Assembly: GCA_048013815.1 (NCBI GenBank)
Contig: CM106585.1
Location: 16,492,001-16,556,000 of the forward strand
Reading direction: 5' to 3'
Source: Setoptus koraiensis
Lineage: Eukaryota > Animalia > Arthropoda
Length of the DNA: 64,000 nt
The notes beneath the pieces are model-generated. The model was not told the DNA's origin and did no database searches. It was given only the letters and a program-made list of their open reading frames with translations. The position numbers and the translations under genes are program-made. Each line of letters starts with the position of its first letter. The stretch's first letter is position 1. Shown piece after piece: positions 39,852 to 50,774 of this stretch.

Positions 39852-42491
39852 ATGTCGCGAGCCCGTGATTACGTAATCGGCGCGTTGGCCGCAGTTGTTT
39901 GTTTGTGGCCCGCAAGCTCGGAGGCCAATCCGTTGCACTTGTATCCCGCCGAATTGGACAAATTGGACAGGGCGAAGCTGCTGCAAGACATCGACTTCAT
40001 CACTGATTCGAGCAATTTTAACGAGACAAGTCTCATTAGTTTGAGCGCAAACGACATGATCAGAAAACTGATGATAGGCGCCTGGCGAATGCCCGTCAAC
40101 GACATAACAGCCATTCATCAATACGACTCGCTTGAGGACAAGCTCACTTCCGGCGGACCAAAGGTCGACCGCGCAGCCTGTAACAGGCAGCTCGATTATC
40201 TGGTGGAGAGCACTGTGCGCACGGGCGGGCTACACTCGGCCACATTCACCATTTACAACCTGTTGGATTCGTACGGCCGGCCCGAGGCGGGTCTGGCGCG
40301 CGGTGCCTGGTACTGGCTGGGCGACTACAAGCAGTGCCTACAGACCAAATTTGCGTACGACCAGCCGCCGGCCCGCGGCGGGACCACCCAGTTTGTGGGT
40401 ACGCGATATTGTTTGGCCTCGATAAGGTGGCCGCACTGGCTGAACACGACCAATTTCGACAACGACCGCTACGCATCGGTCAAGAGCGCCATCTGTATAC
40501 CGGAAGCGTGTGACAGTTTGGGCGCAGAAACGGCCGACAATTTGGACAAGATCGGCAAGTTGATGAGATTGAATTTCGGTGGGGCACACGAAAATTTCGC
40601 CATCAGCTCCATCTATTGCCTGCCCGACGAACAGTCGGCCCTGACCGATTGGACCCGCAACAGCCAGGCCGTCGCCTTTGCCCTATTTATGGCCGGCTGG
40701 ATGTTTCTCATTTTAGTGGCCACCCTGTTCGACCTGACGGTCGGCTTCGACAACTATCAGCGCCGCCGGCGCCACAATTGCTCGCGTCGGGCGGGCAACC
40801 GCGACGCGCCGGCCAACCGCGACGCGCCGGCGGTCAGCATTGAGCTGGACGACAGGCTCACGAGGGCCGGCGCCGCTCTGGACGCGTCGCACCCGAACAA
40901 CGACCGACAAGACAACACCCACCGACGAGACAACAGCGCCCCGCCGCCGGACACGGCGCTCCAGGCCAGGCTGTGGCGGGCCGGCTCGAAATTGTCGGAC
41001 ATGCTGAGCACGATGCTGAGCTCGTTTTCGTTGGCGCGAAACGTCGGGATTTTGTTCAACGTGAAGCCGCGCCGACCAAGGCACGTGTCGTTTGTGTCCG
41101 AGGCGCGAGGCGACGCGGCGCAACCCGTTGAGTCGGTGCTGAACGCCATCGAAACGAGCGGCCGCGCCGGCGGAGCGGCCACCCTCGACCCACCGACAGC
41201 GATAGTGGATCTGGAATATCTCAACGGCTTCAAGTCTGTCAACATGCTCGCCATTGCCCTGACTCACCTGTTTCTGTTGATAACTCTCGTTATTCACTTT
41301 GCGGACACGGGCGACATGTACGGGCGCCACTATTTTTATTATCTGACCATGGCGGGTTTTTGCGTCAACAACTTCATACACGTGACAGGCATGCTGACCA
41401 CCTACATTTTGCTGAGGCGCTTCTACAGGAAACTAAATCGCTTCTGGCTGCAGCCGTCCGTTTGGCTTGGCTTCGCCATTCACCGTTATCTGCGATTGGT
41501 GCCCCTGTGGGCCATTCTCGTCTGGTACACAAAGTCCATGTCGAAATACACGGGCTCCGGCCCACTGTGGGAGTATGGCACCTCCAACACTAGCCGTCAG
41601 TATTATTGCCAACAGGAGCCGTGGGAGCATATGTTTTTGGGCACGGCAAATTTCGTTGTGCCGTACGAGAGTTGCATTTGTTCAGGATGGTACGTGGCCA
41701 CAGATTTGCAATACGCCATTTTGTTGACGCCAATATTTGTCATGCTGCTGATGAGATCGAGATTTTGGTCGCTCGTAACCAGCAACCTGTTGACGGTGGC
41801 GCTGCTCATCAAGGGACTGGTGGCCATTTATGCCACCGATTACAACAAGTCCTATCTAAATAAGCAAACCAACATTGTTACGTCGGTGTTTGTGCGCGAA
41901 CTCGGTTTTGTGTACACCGAGCCACTCAACAGAGTGGGCTTCTATTTCTTGGGCCTCACCACAGGCTACGTGCTGTACATGTACGAACATGGCCAGGATA
42001 GATGGGCCGTGTCGCTTGTCAGACGACTGAGAGGCTCGTTTTTGTCGCACGGTCTAACGCTCCTGTTGGGCACCGGCATATTCTCGCTACTGCCCGTCAC
42101 CAGGCTACCCATTGACGCCTTTGTGTTTGGCACCATCAATTTGCGCATGTTTCTGTTTGCCCTGTCCGTCCTAATGCAAATTTACCTGTTGAGCGTATTC
42201 TCAATAGTCATGGCAACGTGCCCGGATAAAATGGTGACACTGAGAAAATTTCTATCGTTTAGCCCGTGGAAGATAACGTCACGTATGTGCCTGTCCATAC
42301 TGCTGGTCAATCCGATCGTCATTCAGCACTTTTACCAACTGCTCACGCAAACGTACCAGCTTACCTACACGCTCCAGTCGACGCTGATTGTGACCCTGGT
42401 CTTCTGGGTCTACTCCGTCAGCGCCATCGTCTATTTGACCGTCGAGTTGCCACTGTGCTCACTGGCCGATTTGCTGCACAAGATGATGTAA
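39852..42491 (+). CDS. nrf-6: Nose-resistant-to-fluoxetine 6-like membrane O-acyltransferase (signal peptide, NRF domain, Acyl_transf_3), intronless, 879 aa
   Basis: Hydrophobic leader followed by the NRF motif LDSYGRPEAGLARGAWYWLGDYKQC. Acyltransferase-3 motifs LNGFKSVNMLAIALTH, HRYLRLVP, GWYVATDLQ and YTEPLNRVGFYFLG are present, along with multiple transmembrane segments. Confidence 0.9.
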   Translation: MSRARDYVIGALAAVVCLWPASSEANPLHLYPAELDKLDRAKLLQDIDFITDSSNFNETSLISLSANDMIRKLMIGAWRMPVNDITAIHQYDSLEDKLTSGGPKVDRAACNRQLDYLVESTVRTGGLHSATFTIYNLLDSYGRPEAGLARGAWYWLGDYKQCLQTKFAYDQPPARGGTTQFVGTRYCLASIRWPHWLNTTNFDNDRYASVKSAICIPEACDSLGAETADNLDKIGKLMRLNFGGAHENFAISSIYCLPDEQSALTDWTRNSQAVAFALFMAGWMFLILVATLFDLTVGFDNYQRRRRHNCSRRAGNRDAPANRDAPAVSIELDDRLTRAGAALDASHPNNDRQDNTHRRDNSAPPPDTALQARLWRAGSKLSDMLSTMLSSFSLARNVGILFNVKPRRPRHVSFVSEARGDAAQPVESVLNAIETSGRAGGAATLDPPTAIVDLEYLNGFKSVNMLAIALTHLFLLITLVIHFADTGDMYGRHYFYYLTMAGFCVNNFIHVTGMLTTYILLRRFYRKLNRFWLQPSVWLGFAIHRYLRLVPLWAILVWYTKSMSKYTGSGPLWEYGTSNTSRQYYCQQEPWEHMFLGTANFVVPYESCICSGWYVATDLQYAILLTPIFVMLLMRSRFWSLVTSNLLTVALLIKGLVAIYATDYNKSYLNKQTNIVTSVFVRELGFVYTEPLNRVGFYFLGLTTGYVLYMYEHGQDRWAVSLVRRLRGSFLSHGLTLLLGTGIFSLLPVTRLPIDAFVFGTINLRMFLFALSVLMQIYLLSVFSIVMATCPDKMVTLRKFLSFSPWKITSRMCLSILLVNPIVIQHFYQLLTQTYQLTYTLQSTLIVTLVFWVYSVSAIVYLTVELPLCSLADLLHKMM

Positions 42492-42700
42492 ATCATTGTT
42501 CACATATTATTATACAATTTTCTCTCTTTCTCTCATATTAAAAGCGCCATATATCGACACTTATTCATTTGTACATCTCATACCAGAGTGCGCTGTTATT
42601 GAACGTTGTTGGCTGGTTGGTGAGGGTTGCTTCTCTCTCTCTTTCTCTCACGGCAACGACACACAACTGCCAATCGACTCTCGCTCATTACCTGTTGGAC

Positions 42701-42760
42701 CAAACCGGGCCAGACCGGACCAGACCGGGCCAGACCGGGCCAGACCGGGCCAGACCGAAC
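42701..42760 (+). repeat. 10-bp repeat x6 (cagaccgggc)
   Basis: Read directly from the sequence. Confidence 0.9.
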
Positions 42761-43346
42761 GAGATCAGTCGGACCAGATATCGCATGGCACGAATGCGAC
42801 GCATTATGCATTCATCTGTCCATCGATGGCCGCCATGAGCCAGCTTTTACTCGCCCCTTCAGCTGCCAGCAAGGCCCAAGTTTCGTTCGCGTGCCCGATG
42901 GGCACTGAAGGCACCGATCGAGGGCAACAATGTTACACGCCAATGTAACACGGGAGGCAACAAACGTATTATTGATTCATCATTATTATTCATACTTGGA
43001 CGAAAATTTCACTTTCAGATCTCACACCAGACAACCTGGCTCGCTGCTGAGGTTAGACAAAATAAACAACACTCATATGTAACATTGTTCGTGTCTCTCA
43101 CTTGTTGTACTGTCAATAATTGTTGCTGTTGTCGATGGTCGATACTTTTGCTTTGCGAGCGTTTGTCGAGCTAACGCAGCCACTTTAGAATGCACAATCG
43201 TCGGCCTTATCCGACAAGGCTTATTCATATCATTCATATCATCGGATTGGCAAATTGCAAATTGGTGTGTATTGCACATTGTGTTGCGTGTGCTGCTTTG
43301 TTTCAAGCGCCGTGTGACGGATTGTCGAGAAACGGAGCTCGCGACA

Positions 43347-43445
43347 AATTAAAAGCGCCATATCGATACTTATTCATCCGTACCCGTATCTCATACCAGA
43401 GTGCGCTGTTATTAAACGTTGTTGGCTGGTTGGTGAGGGTCGCCT
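43347..43445 (+). repeat. About 95-bp direct duplicate of 42536-42630 (nrf-6 3' flank)
   Basis: Both copies share attaaaagcgccatat...cttattcat...atctcataccagagtgcgctgttattNaacgttgttggctggttggtgagggt. Confidence 0.93.
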
Positions 43446-44707
43446 TTCAGGACACATTTACCTGTTGCGGCGGCAGCGACGACAACAACAGCGACGAGCA
43501 ACAACAGCGACGAGCAACAGCAACAACTACAAAAGGTGGCTCTAGACGTGCGCCGCTCCACGGTGGCAGCGAGACGCGAGTGCCTTACCGGTTCGATACG
43601 CAGACAGGTGGAAAGGTCACAGCCGTGCTTCCGTGCGTTCGATTTCAATTCTATCTTGGGTTTCATCCATGCTCGTTGGCGCTGTCTGTGCGCTGCAAGT
43701 GCGCTCAACACCAACCGCCGACTGACAATCTGGCTACATTTGCATGCAAACGAACAAACAAACAAGCACCGCGACGACAACAACAGCGACAGCAACAACG
43801 GCGACAGCAACAACGGCGACAGGTATCTTGCCATCCCTGGCATGTGCGTCGCAAACAGAGTGCCTGTGTGAACTATGTGTGCTGGCGGGGGCGGTGGTGT
43901 GGCCAATGTTGCCATTCATGACATGCGCGTATCGCAGAGGCAGACAACATGGCGCGAGGCGAAGAATATTCCGACGAGTGGTTGTTTGATGTGTCGCATT
44001 ATTCAGACCGTCCAATGGCGTGGTTGTTGCTGCTGCTGCTGTTGTCGTTTCTGGCGCAGTTTCTGTGGACAATTGCGCCCCTGCGTGGAGTTTTGTTGCA
44101 GCCAGTGGCTCGCTAATGGCCCAAATAAAAAATTAGCCCAAATGAGGGCTAATTTTGGCGCCTCGTTGTTGTTGGAACTTCCAACTTGAAAGCGGTTGCC
44201 CGGCGGATTTGATCGATTTGACGACACACAGAAAAAAAAGTTGTGCGCAAATACGCTGAACATAGTTGCCGGGAATGTCCGCTAGCGGGCCCATTGGTGC
44301 TTGCTAATTGTTGTCGATTTGTTGTTTGTTAATGGTAACAATGTTGGCAGTGACGGCCACTTTACACTGCAATGCACACTTTACAATGTACACTGTTGCG
44401 AAGCCACTGGCCCGGCCCGACACAATCGACAAGTGCGACCGTTCATGCGCACAAGTGCCAATGTGCGTGCGTGTGTGTCACACACTGTGTGTGTGTGTGT
44501 GTGGAACGTTTGGAGAGACAGGCGGGCGCTGAGGGTTGCGCAAGCTGGCTGACGAGCGAACGCCAACGCGATTAGTTCGACGGCGCGAGCTCGCACAGTG
44601 TGTGCGCGATTCGCAACAAGCAGCCAACTTTTGGCCCAGCGCGTCGTGCCTTCGAATCGAAGGCTTCGATCGGCAACAATGGCTGGCTGCGGGCATAAAA
44701 CCTTTAC

Positions 44708-44751
44708 GATAAAAGTTGGTCATGACTCATGAGTCATGACAAACTTTTATC
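44708..44751. promoter_or_regulatory. Near-perfect 44-bp palindrome with back-to-back AP-1-like heptamers
   Basis: gataaaagttggtcaTGACTCATGAGTCAtgacaaacttttatc has one mismatched pair out of 22. Function is inferred. Confidence 0.45.
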
Positions 44752-45052
44752 CAAACCAAGCAATTGAGCTGGCGCACGCTGAATTGTGGCACATTTGTCG
44801 CGCACAGATTCGGCAGCGCTGTGCGCGCAGCAGCCAGCGCCACTCTGACACACAGCGCTGACACAGTCTGTGTGTGTGCCAGACGGAGTGTCTCTCAGAG
44901 ACAGTCTCTGTTGCAGTGTGCGCGACTTGCACAGACGGCCAGGCAGCGTCGCAATTATGCACTCTTGCCGCATACCCGCCGCCGTGTCTGACACAGTGTG
45001 ACAGCAACACTGTGGGCCGCGGCGGCGCCACTGTGCACCTACATGGTGCATA

Positions 45053-45112
45053 CAGTCGCTGTATTGCAGTCGCTGTATTGCAGTCGCTGTATCACAGTCG
45101 CTGTATCACAGT
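45053..45112 (+). repeat. 14-bp repeat x4 (cagtcgctgtat[tg/ca])
   Basis: Read directly from the sequence. Confidence 0.9.
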
Positions 45113-45377
45113 GTGGTGTGCACTTGCAGTTCAGCTGAGTACAGGTCGGATAAATTGTATTGTATCACACGATTTGTGCGGTGCTGTGCGAGCGAGTGCG
45201 CACAGCACCGCAGCTCGAGCTCAAGTGTGCGCGCCACCCCCGCGCCAGCCGCGGCACACGCACGCATGGCGGGGGGGGGGCGCGCGCACTCGGCAGCGGG
45301 GGACGCGCGGGGAAGGGCACAAGGAGAGTGGTCCTCGCCCTTGTCTTGTTTTTCGTTCTCGTTCGTTCCATCGCCCA

Positions 45378-45379
<2 letters not shown>

Positions 45380-45425
<46 letters not shown>
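45380..45425 (+). repeat. (GT)n microsatellite
   Basis: Read directly from the sequence. Confidence 0.97.
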
Positions 45426-45426
<1 letters not shown>

Positions 45427-46097
45427 ATGGCTTTTTACGTGCATTAACCATTAATTTTATTCGATGGTTGCCTCGCTGCCAGCGATTGTGATGATGAGAC
45501 GCACGCACACACGCACACACTCGCCGCTGACTGGCTGAAACAACGACACACGCACAGACAAACGAACGGGCGAGCAACCAGAGACGAAACACGAACACAA
45601 GCTGCATCAGCGCATTAAATGGTAAACACACACAACAGGGCACAATTGAACACACTCAATAAACGGGATACCTCATTGAAATGCGATCGTCTCTCCACAT
45701 TTTTATCTCATCTTAATCACTATTATTTCATCGGCGCGGCTCACATTTCATCCCTGTTTTTACTATTACAACCAATATCATCATAATAATTATCGCCATT
45801 TTAATTATTACCATTGCACATTTGATAATAACGCGTCATTAGCATCGTCGCGCAGCAGCCACTTACAAAAACGCCACCACACGTCTCAATAGACTCGTCG
45901 ACAGGGGGACAGCCCGCTAGCGACACAACCGCAATGATCCGCTAAACCACAATTCGCTATTATTTCGTCTTGCAAACCAAACATTCCACACACATTTAAA
46001 TACACGCAACCACCACAACCAACGAAACATTCACAACACACTCACACATTCAATAGATTATCAAATTCCAAATACACGCTGAGCATTCGCAGAAAAC

Positions 46098-46982
46098 ATG
46101 GAAGTTATCAAAAAGAAACTGCAAGCCTACAAGAGCGACCGAGAGAACGCCATAGATAGGGCCGAACAGGCGGAACGCGAATTGCGCGAACACAAGGCCA
46201 GAGCCGACAAGGTGAGTACCAAATCTCAACCAGCTAACCACTTTAGTGTTAGTGGTTTGTTTAGTGTTTATTGTTCCAAAAACTGTAAATCATAAATCAC
46301 TGTTCATCATAAATCCTCACTAACTCCTCTCTATCCCTCGATCCCTGCACCCCAATACCACCAATAGGCCGAAGGCGAAGTGTCTGCTCTCAATAGGAGA
46401 ATTCAACTACTTGAACAAGATTTAGAGAGGTCTGAGGAGCGCCTGAAAATCGCCACACAAAAACTAGAAGAGTCCTCACATGCTGCCGACGAAAGTGAAA
46501 GAATGCGCAAGATGCTCGAGCATAGAAGCATCACCGACGAAGAGCGCATGGACGCCTTAGAAAGTTCACTCAAAGAGGCCAGAATGATGGCCGAGGACGC
46601 AGACAGAAAATATGATGAGGTTGCCAGAAAACTAGCCATGGTCGAGGCAGACTTAGAACGAGCCGAAGAACGTGCCGAAAATGCTGAAAGCAAAATCGTT
46701 AATTTAGAGGAGGAACTCAAAGTTGTTGGAAATAATCTTAAATCTCTAGAAGTGAGTGAAGAGAAGGCTGCACACAAAGAGGAACAATTTGAATTAGCTC
46801 TGAGATCCGCCACTCAACGACTTCAGGAGGCAGAAGCAAGAGCGGAATTTGCCGAGAGGTCTGTGCAAAAACTTCAAAAGGAAGTTGATCGCTTAGAGGA
46901 TGAACTAGTGAACGAACGAGAAAAATATAAGCACATATCAGATGAACTGGATCAGACATTCTCTGAGCTCACTGCCCATTGA
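46098..46982 (+). CDS. Tm: Tropomyosin (mite group-10 allergen-like), exons 46098..46211 and 46368..46982, 242 aa
   Basis: Exon 1 is [38 protein letters not shown] followed by a gtgagt donor. The acceptor is ccaatag|GCC GAA GGC GAA GTG. Exon 2 reads [26 protein letters not shown]...[13 protein letters not shown]. Confidence 0.97.
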
Positions 46983-47581
46983 ACCTTGCTTATTATTACT
47001 AGGTCATCCCTACTATTGTTTATATTACTCTATCACAGACAAAAAAAAACTTGAAAATTTTCAAAGGGCCATCATCATTTACCACCCTATAACCTCATTC
47101 TTGTACAGTCAATCGTAGATAATTCCAAAGCGCTTAATTATATTGGCGAGAATCAACTTATAAACACAATATGGGAAATTTTAGCGCAATGTAGTACATG
47201 TAGCGATGAACCTTGCTGCTATGAGCAATGAACAGATAAATCATGAGGGATACGTGACGATCTTCGATCAACAATTGTGAACGCAAACGACCAACTTCAA
47301 ACGTTCGCATTTTGTGAATGTCGGGTCACGCTTCAGTGAATAATCTCGTTCATTTAGTTAGAGATATTCACTTGGATACTCCAAGTCGTATTAAACTACC
47401 ACCCTTTGCAAAATATGTAACTTACATTTATAGTCAGTATTTTCTTTTGATAATTCTTCAACAGACTGCAAATGCCGGCGACTTAGCTCAATCAGTTGCG
47501 CCTTCCTGAGTAACGTGAAGTACCATATTGCATCTTCAATGGTTTCCTTTCCGTTTTTGTTTCGCCATTTGAACGAGCGAT

Positions 47582-47985
47582 GAAATGAGAGAGGTGGCTA
47601 TAATAGAGCAAAGCCAAGTCCTCGTTGTTTCGGGTCCAATAGATCAGGCCGACTGTTCGTCTGGCAGGCAATAGATGGAACTGATGGTGAAATTTCCGTG
47701 TGCCGCACCGAAATTCAATCTCATCAACTTGCTGATCTTATCCAGGTTGTCGGCGGACTCCACGCCCAATCTGTCACACGACTAGGGTATACAAATGGCC
47801 AAGGTGTAGCGTACATTGTCGAAATTGGTCCTGTTCAGCAAGTTCGGCCACCTTACCGAGGCCAAACAATATCGCGAGCTTACAAACTGGCCAACGGCTC
47901 GAAAGCAAATTTGCGCTGTCGGTACTGCTTGTAGTCGCCCAGCCGGTACCAGGCGCGGTTCGCCCCATCCGCTCCGGGCCGGTGC
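47582..47985 (-). pseudogene. Inverted, frameshifted fragment of an nrf-6-like gene (NRF domain part)
   Basis: The reverse complement closely matches about 40280-40715. Shared stretches include gcctggtacNggctgggcgactacaagcagt, cgcgatattgtttggcctcg, gcaagttgatgagattgaatttcggtg and tccatctattgcctgccNgacgaacagtcggcc. Several frame-breaking indels are present. Confidence 0.9.
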
Positions 47986-48175
47986 ATGTGGTGCATTGGT
48001 GGGTGTTTTCGCGGTTCGGGCGCACGTGGTTAGAGGGCAAGAGGTGGCAAAACGTGTGACCAGAGCGGTTTGGCCGCGTCTCCACCGACAATGAAATGGC
48101 CAGTGAAATACGTTTTATCGCGCACATTGAGGCCTGTTACACAATTATTATCTAATTTTTGTTTATGTGTACACC

Positions 48176-50332
48176 ATGGATATTAACCGGTTCGACTCGG
48201 ACGAAACAGACGGCGATGGACAGATATTTTGCCTGCTGGAGACGGTGCCGCCAGAGCTGCTGCTCATGATCATCGGTCATCTGGACGATTTACGCGACAG
48301 ACACAATTTGGCCCAAATGTCGCCGAGATTCAGCGAGCTCGTTTACGACGCCAACAGATTTGTGGAGGAGGCCACTCTCAGTAGCGGGCTTGCCAATTGG
48401 CCAGATTGTCGGGAGCTGGAGTCAATTCTTTGCACGGTGCCCAAAATAGAGCGCCTGAACCTGGTGTCGGAATACGATCAGACGATCAGACGGTTCGGGC
48501 CGGATTCTCATTTCAGTTTGACGGACAATTGCAACCTGCTAACAACGCTCACATTGCACAAAATATCCTTTGCGCCCACGGAACTGGCCTTGCTGGTGTT
48601 GCGGTTGCCACTGTTGACGGCGCTCACACTGGAGCATGTCGAGCTAGACGATGCGGACGAGTTGAACGCCCTGTTGCCCCGACTTTGCCTCACGCTTTTG
48701 CACCTTCGCATAATAGGAATTAAACGGAGACCCTTTTGCGACCACGAGCACGATTATTTCGCACTGCGTTCGCTAGATATTAGGAGAAATCGCATCATGG
48801 ACGATATTAATATCGACGAGCAGCCATCGGCCTACTACGATGCGGCAAATTTTCTCTTGGCGTGCCAACGATTGGACAGTCTCGCCTTAACGTTGACAGA
48901 CGACAAATGGGTGCACCAGTTGACCGGCATTCTGTCCAATACCCATTTGCGTACCCTTGTTCTTGATCAATATTACGGCTGCTGGCCGGCTTCGGATATT
49001 ATTGACGTGCCAACGGTTATTAGCGGCGAGCGAGCTGAACTGCATTACGAACAAAGCGTCACTCCTACCAAACAACTGTCAGAAAATCTCACCTGCCCGA
49101 AGGCGATACGTGATCTGGAGGACAGTGTGTCGTCACTATACAATGATCATTGGCTGCCCGAGTGTCAACAACAAATATCCTCGGTACGCTGGAAACGAGA
49201 ATCTTGCCAAGGAAAACATTTTCTCACAGCGAGACTGGATCGCCACACGCTAGACAGGACATTCACAAGGAAAATCCATCACTCCAACAGGATGCAAATG
49301 ATTGAATACGACAGCAGCGGTAAAAAGTTGTGGTCGGCCGAGGGAGTGCCCATGTTGCGAATCATCAACAGCAAGCGATTTTTGTATTTGAAATTCGAGA
49401 TGGATAACGAGCAAGAATTGAAACGAGGCCGCCCAAAGTCGGGCAATTATTCTGTCATCAACAAGAGTCTACAGCTATTTTATCAGCAGTCGATGGAGAG
49501 GCTGAAAGGAAACATCAGGCGCATCGCAGGCGATACACTATTGCGCGAAATTATCCAAACAAGTTGTGGAGAGGGAAAAAATGTGTGCCACTTGGATTTT
49601 AACACGCTGAGATCGGACGACACAGGCATATGGGTCATAGAGGAGGCCTTGAAATCGGCAATATGTAATAGAGTCGCCATGTTGGTGAGTGAGCTGGACC
49701 AAGAGGCCATCGGCATACTTGACATCGTGTCATTGGCTCACTTGCACAAGACAATATCAGAAAGTGATCGGACACCTTCTACCGGTAATTCAAAAGTGTT
49801 GATATGTGCCGGCAGTGCTGGCTCGCTCGAGGCCATAGCAGAGAAACTACATGAATTAGCTGATTTGAAGGTGAAGATCTTCAGCTCGGCTGACTGTCAG
49901 TCGCACCAATCATCTTTTTCTTATTTTGACGATCTCAATGATGAAGATATTGTCGATGATGAAGATGATGATTACTACGAGAACGTCAATGTCGACAATT
50001 CAAGAATTGATACCAGAGATCTAAAAGTGGAATCGGATATGGGCATGCCTGCTGCACGAAGCATTTTCTTCGAAAACTCCATAGATGATGTTGATTGTAA
50101 CGTTATTTTATGCACTTTTCACGATGCACTCAAACTGTCGTCGTGGACCGAGTTTTTAGTTCATTCTTTCATACTGTACAGATGTAACGAGTTCAGTATG
50201 TCCGATGTGCATCTATTATTCCATTTTCTACCCAAACGTACCACAATTATGTCAGACGGTAGCGAGGTGGACGTTGTGTTCAATAGTTTCAAAAGTATGG
50301 GCTTCAAGCCGAAAAGAATAAAGGATAAATAA
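48176..50332 (+). CDS. F-box/LRR protein fused to a degenerate Upf1-like (SF1B) stalk-1B-RecA1 region, copy 1, 718 aa
   Basis: F-box LETVPPELLLMIIGHLDDLRDRHNLAQMSPRFSELV, followed by LRR-like LxxLxL repeats. Upf1-like segments are ISSVRWKR, LWSAEG, KVLICAGS (49796-49816), AEKLHELADLKV, CNVILCT and VFNSFKSMGFKPKRI. The ATG sits in a caccATGg context. Confidence 0.85.
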   Translation: MDINRFDSDETDGDGQIFCLLETVPPELLLMIIGHLDDLRDRHNLAQMSPRFSELVYDANRFVEEATLSSGLANWPDCRELESILCTVPKIERLNLVSEYDQTIRRFGPDSHFSLTDNCNLLTTLTLHKISFAPTELALLVLRLPLLTALTLEHVELDDADELNALLPRLCLTLLHLRIIGIKRRPFCDHEHDYFALRSLDIRRNRIMDDINIDEQPSAYYDAANFLLACQRLDSLALTLTDDKWVHQLTGILSNTHLRTLVLDQYYGCWPASDIIDVPTVISGERAELHYEQSVTPTKQLSENLTCPKAIRDLEDSVSSLYNDHWLPECQQQISSVRWKRESCQGKHFLTARLDRHTLDRTFTRKIHHSNRMQMIEYDSSGKKLWSAEGVPMLRIINSKRFLYLKFEMDNEQELKRGRPKSGNYSVINKSLQLFYQQSMERLKGNIRRIAGDTLLREIIQTSCGEGKNVCHLDFNTLRSDDTGIWVIEEALKSAICNRVAMLVSELDQEAIGILDIVSLAHLHKTISESDRTPSTGNSKVLICAGSAGSLEAIAEKLHELADLKVKIFSSADCQSHQSSFSYFDDLNDEDIVDDEDDDYYENVNVDNSRIDTRDLKVESDMGMPAARSIFFENSIDDVDCNVILCTFHDALKLSSWTEFLVHSFILYRCNEFSMSDVHLLFHFLPKRTTIMSDGSEVDVVFNSFKSMGFKPKRIKDK

Positions 50333-50774
50333 ATGATCGTACACCCAGCAACTGACCTGTTGACTGCTAGCGTTAGCGTTGCGGCTCGAAGTCGAACCTC
50401 GTCTCAATTTCAATCTATCTTGCCTTTCTTTTCTTTGCACGCTCATTAACGGGACTGTCAACTGGAGAAGTGCTGTAGCGAAAGTGTTGTGAGTTGGTCA
50501 GCATTGTCTGTTTGCACGGACAATGGCGCTTGTTTGTCGGGAATATCTGCTCTCCACTAGTCTGCATCACACTGTCCATTTCAATAATGACCAGCTATGA
50601 TAAAATCCCTCGATTCACCGTCTCTATCATCATCAACATACATCAAGTGAACATCAGCGATCTCGGCCAGATTTTTCTGCAAATTCGTGCAAACTCTTGT
50701 ATCAATTTCATCATTTCCATACTAGCTATTTTACGGCAGTTCCAATAGTGCCTATTACTATATATTCGCAAGCA

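Noticed and set aside
45269-45317. G-run cluster as a G-quadruplex promoter element for tropomyosin
   Set aside because: The motif is present, but G-runs are common in this GC-rich DNA and nothing supports function.
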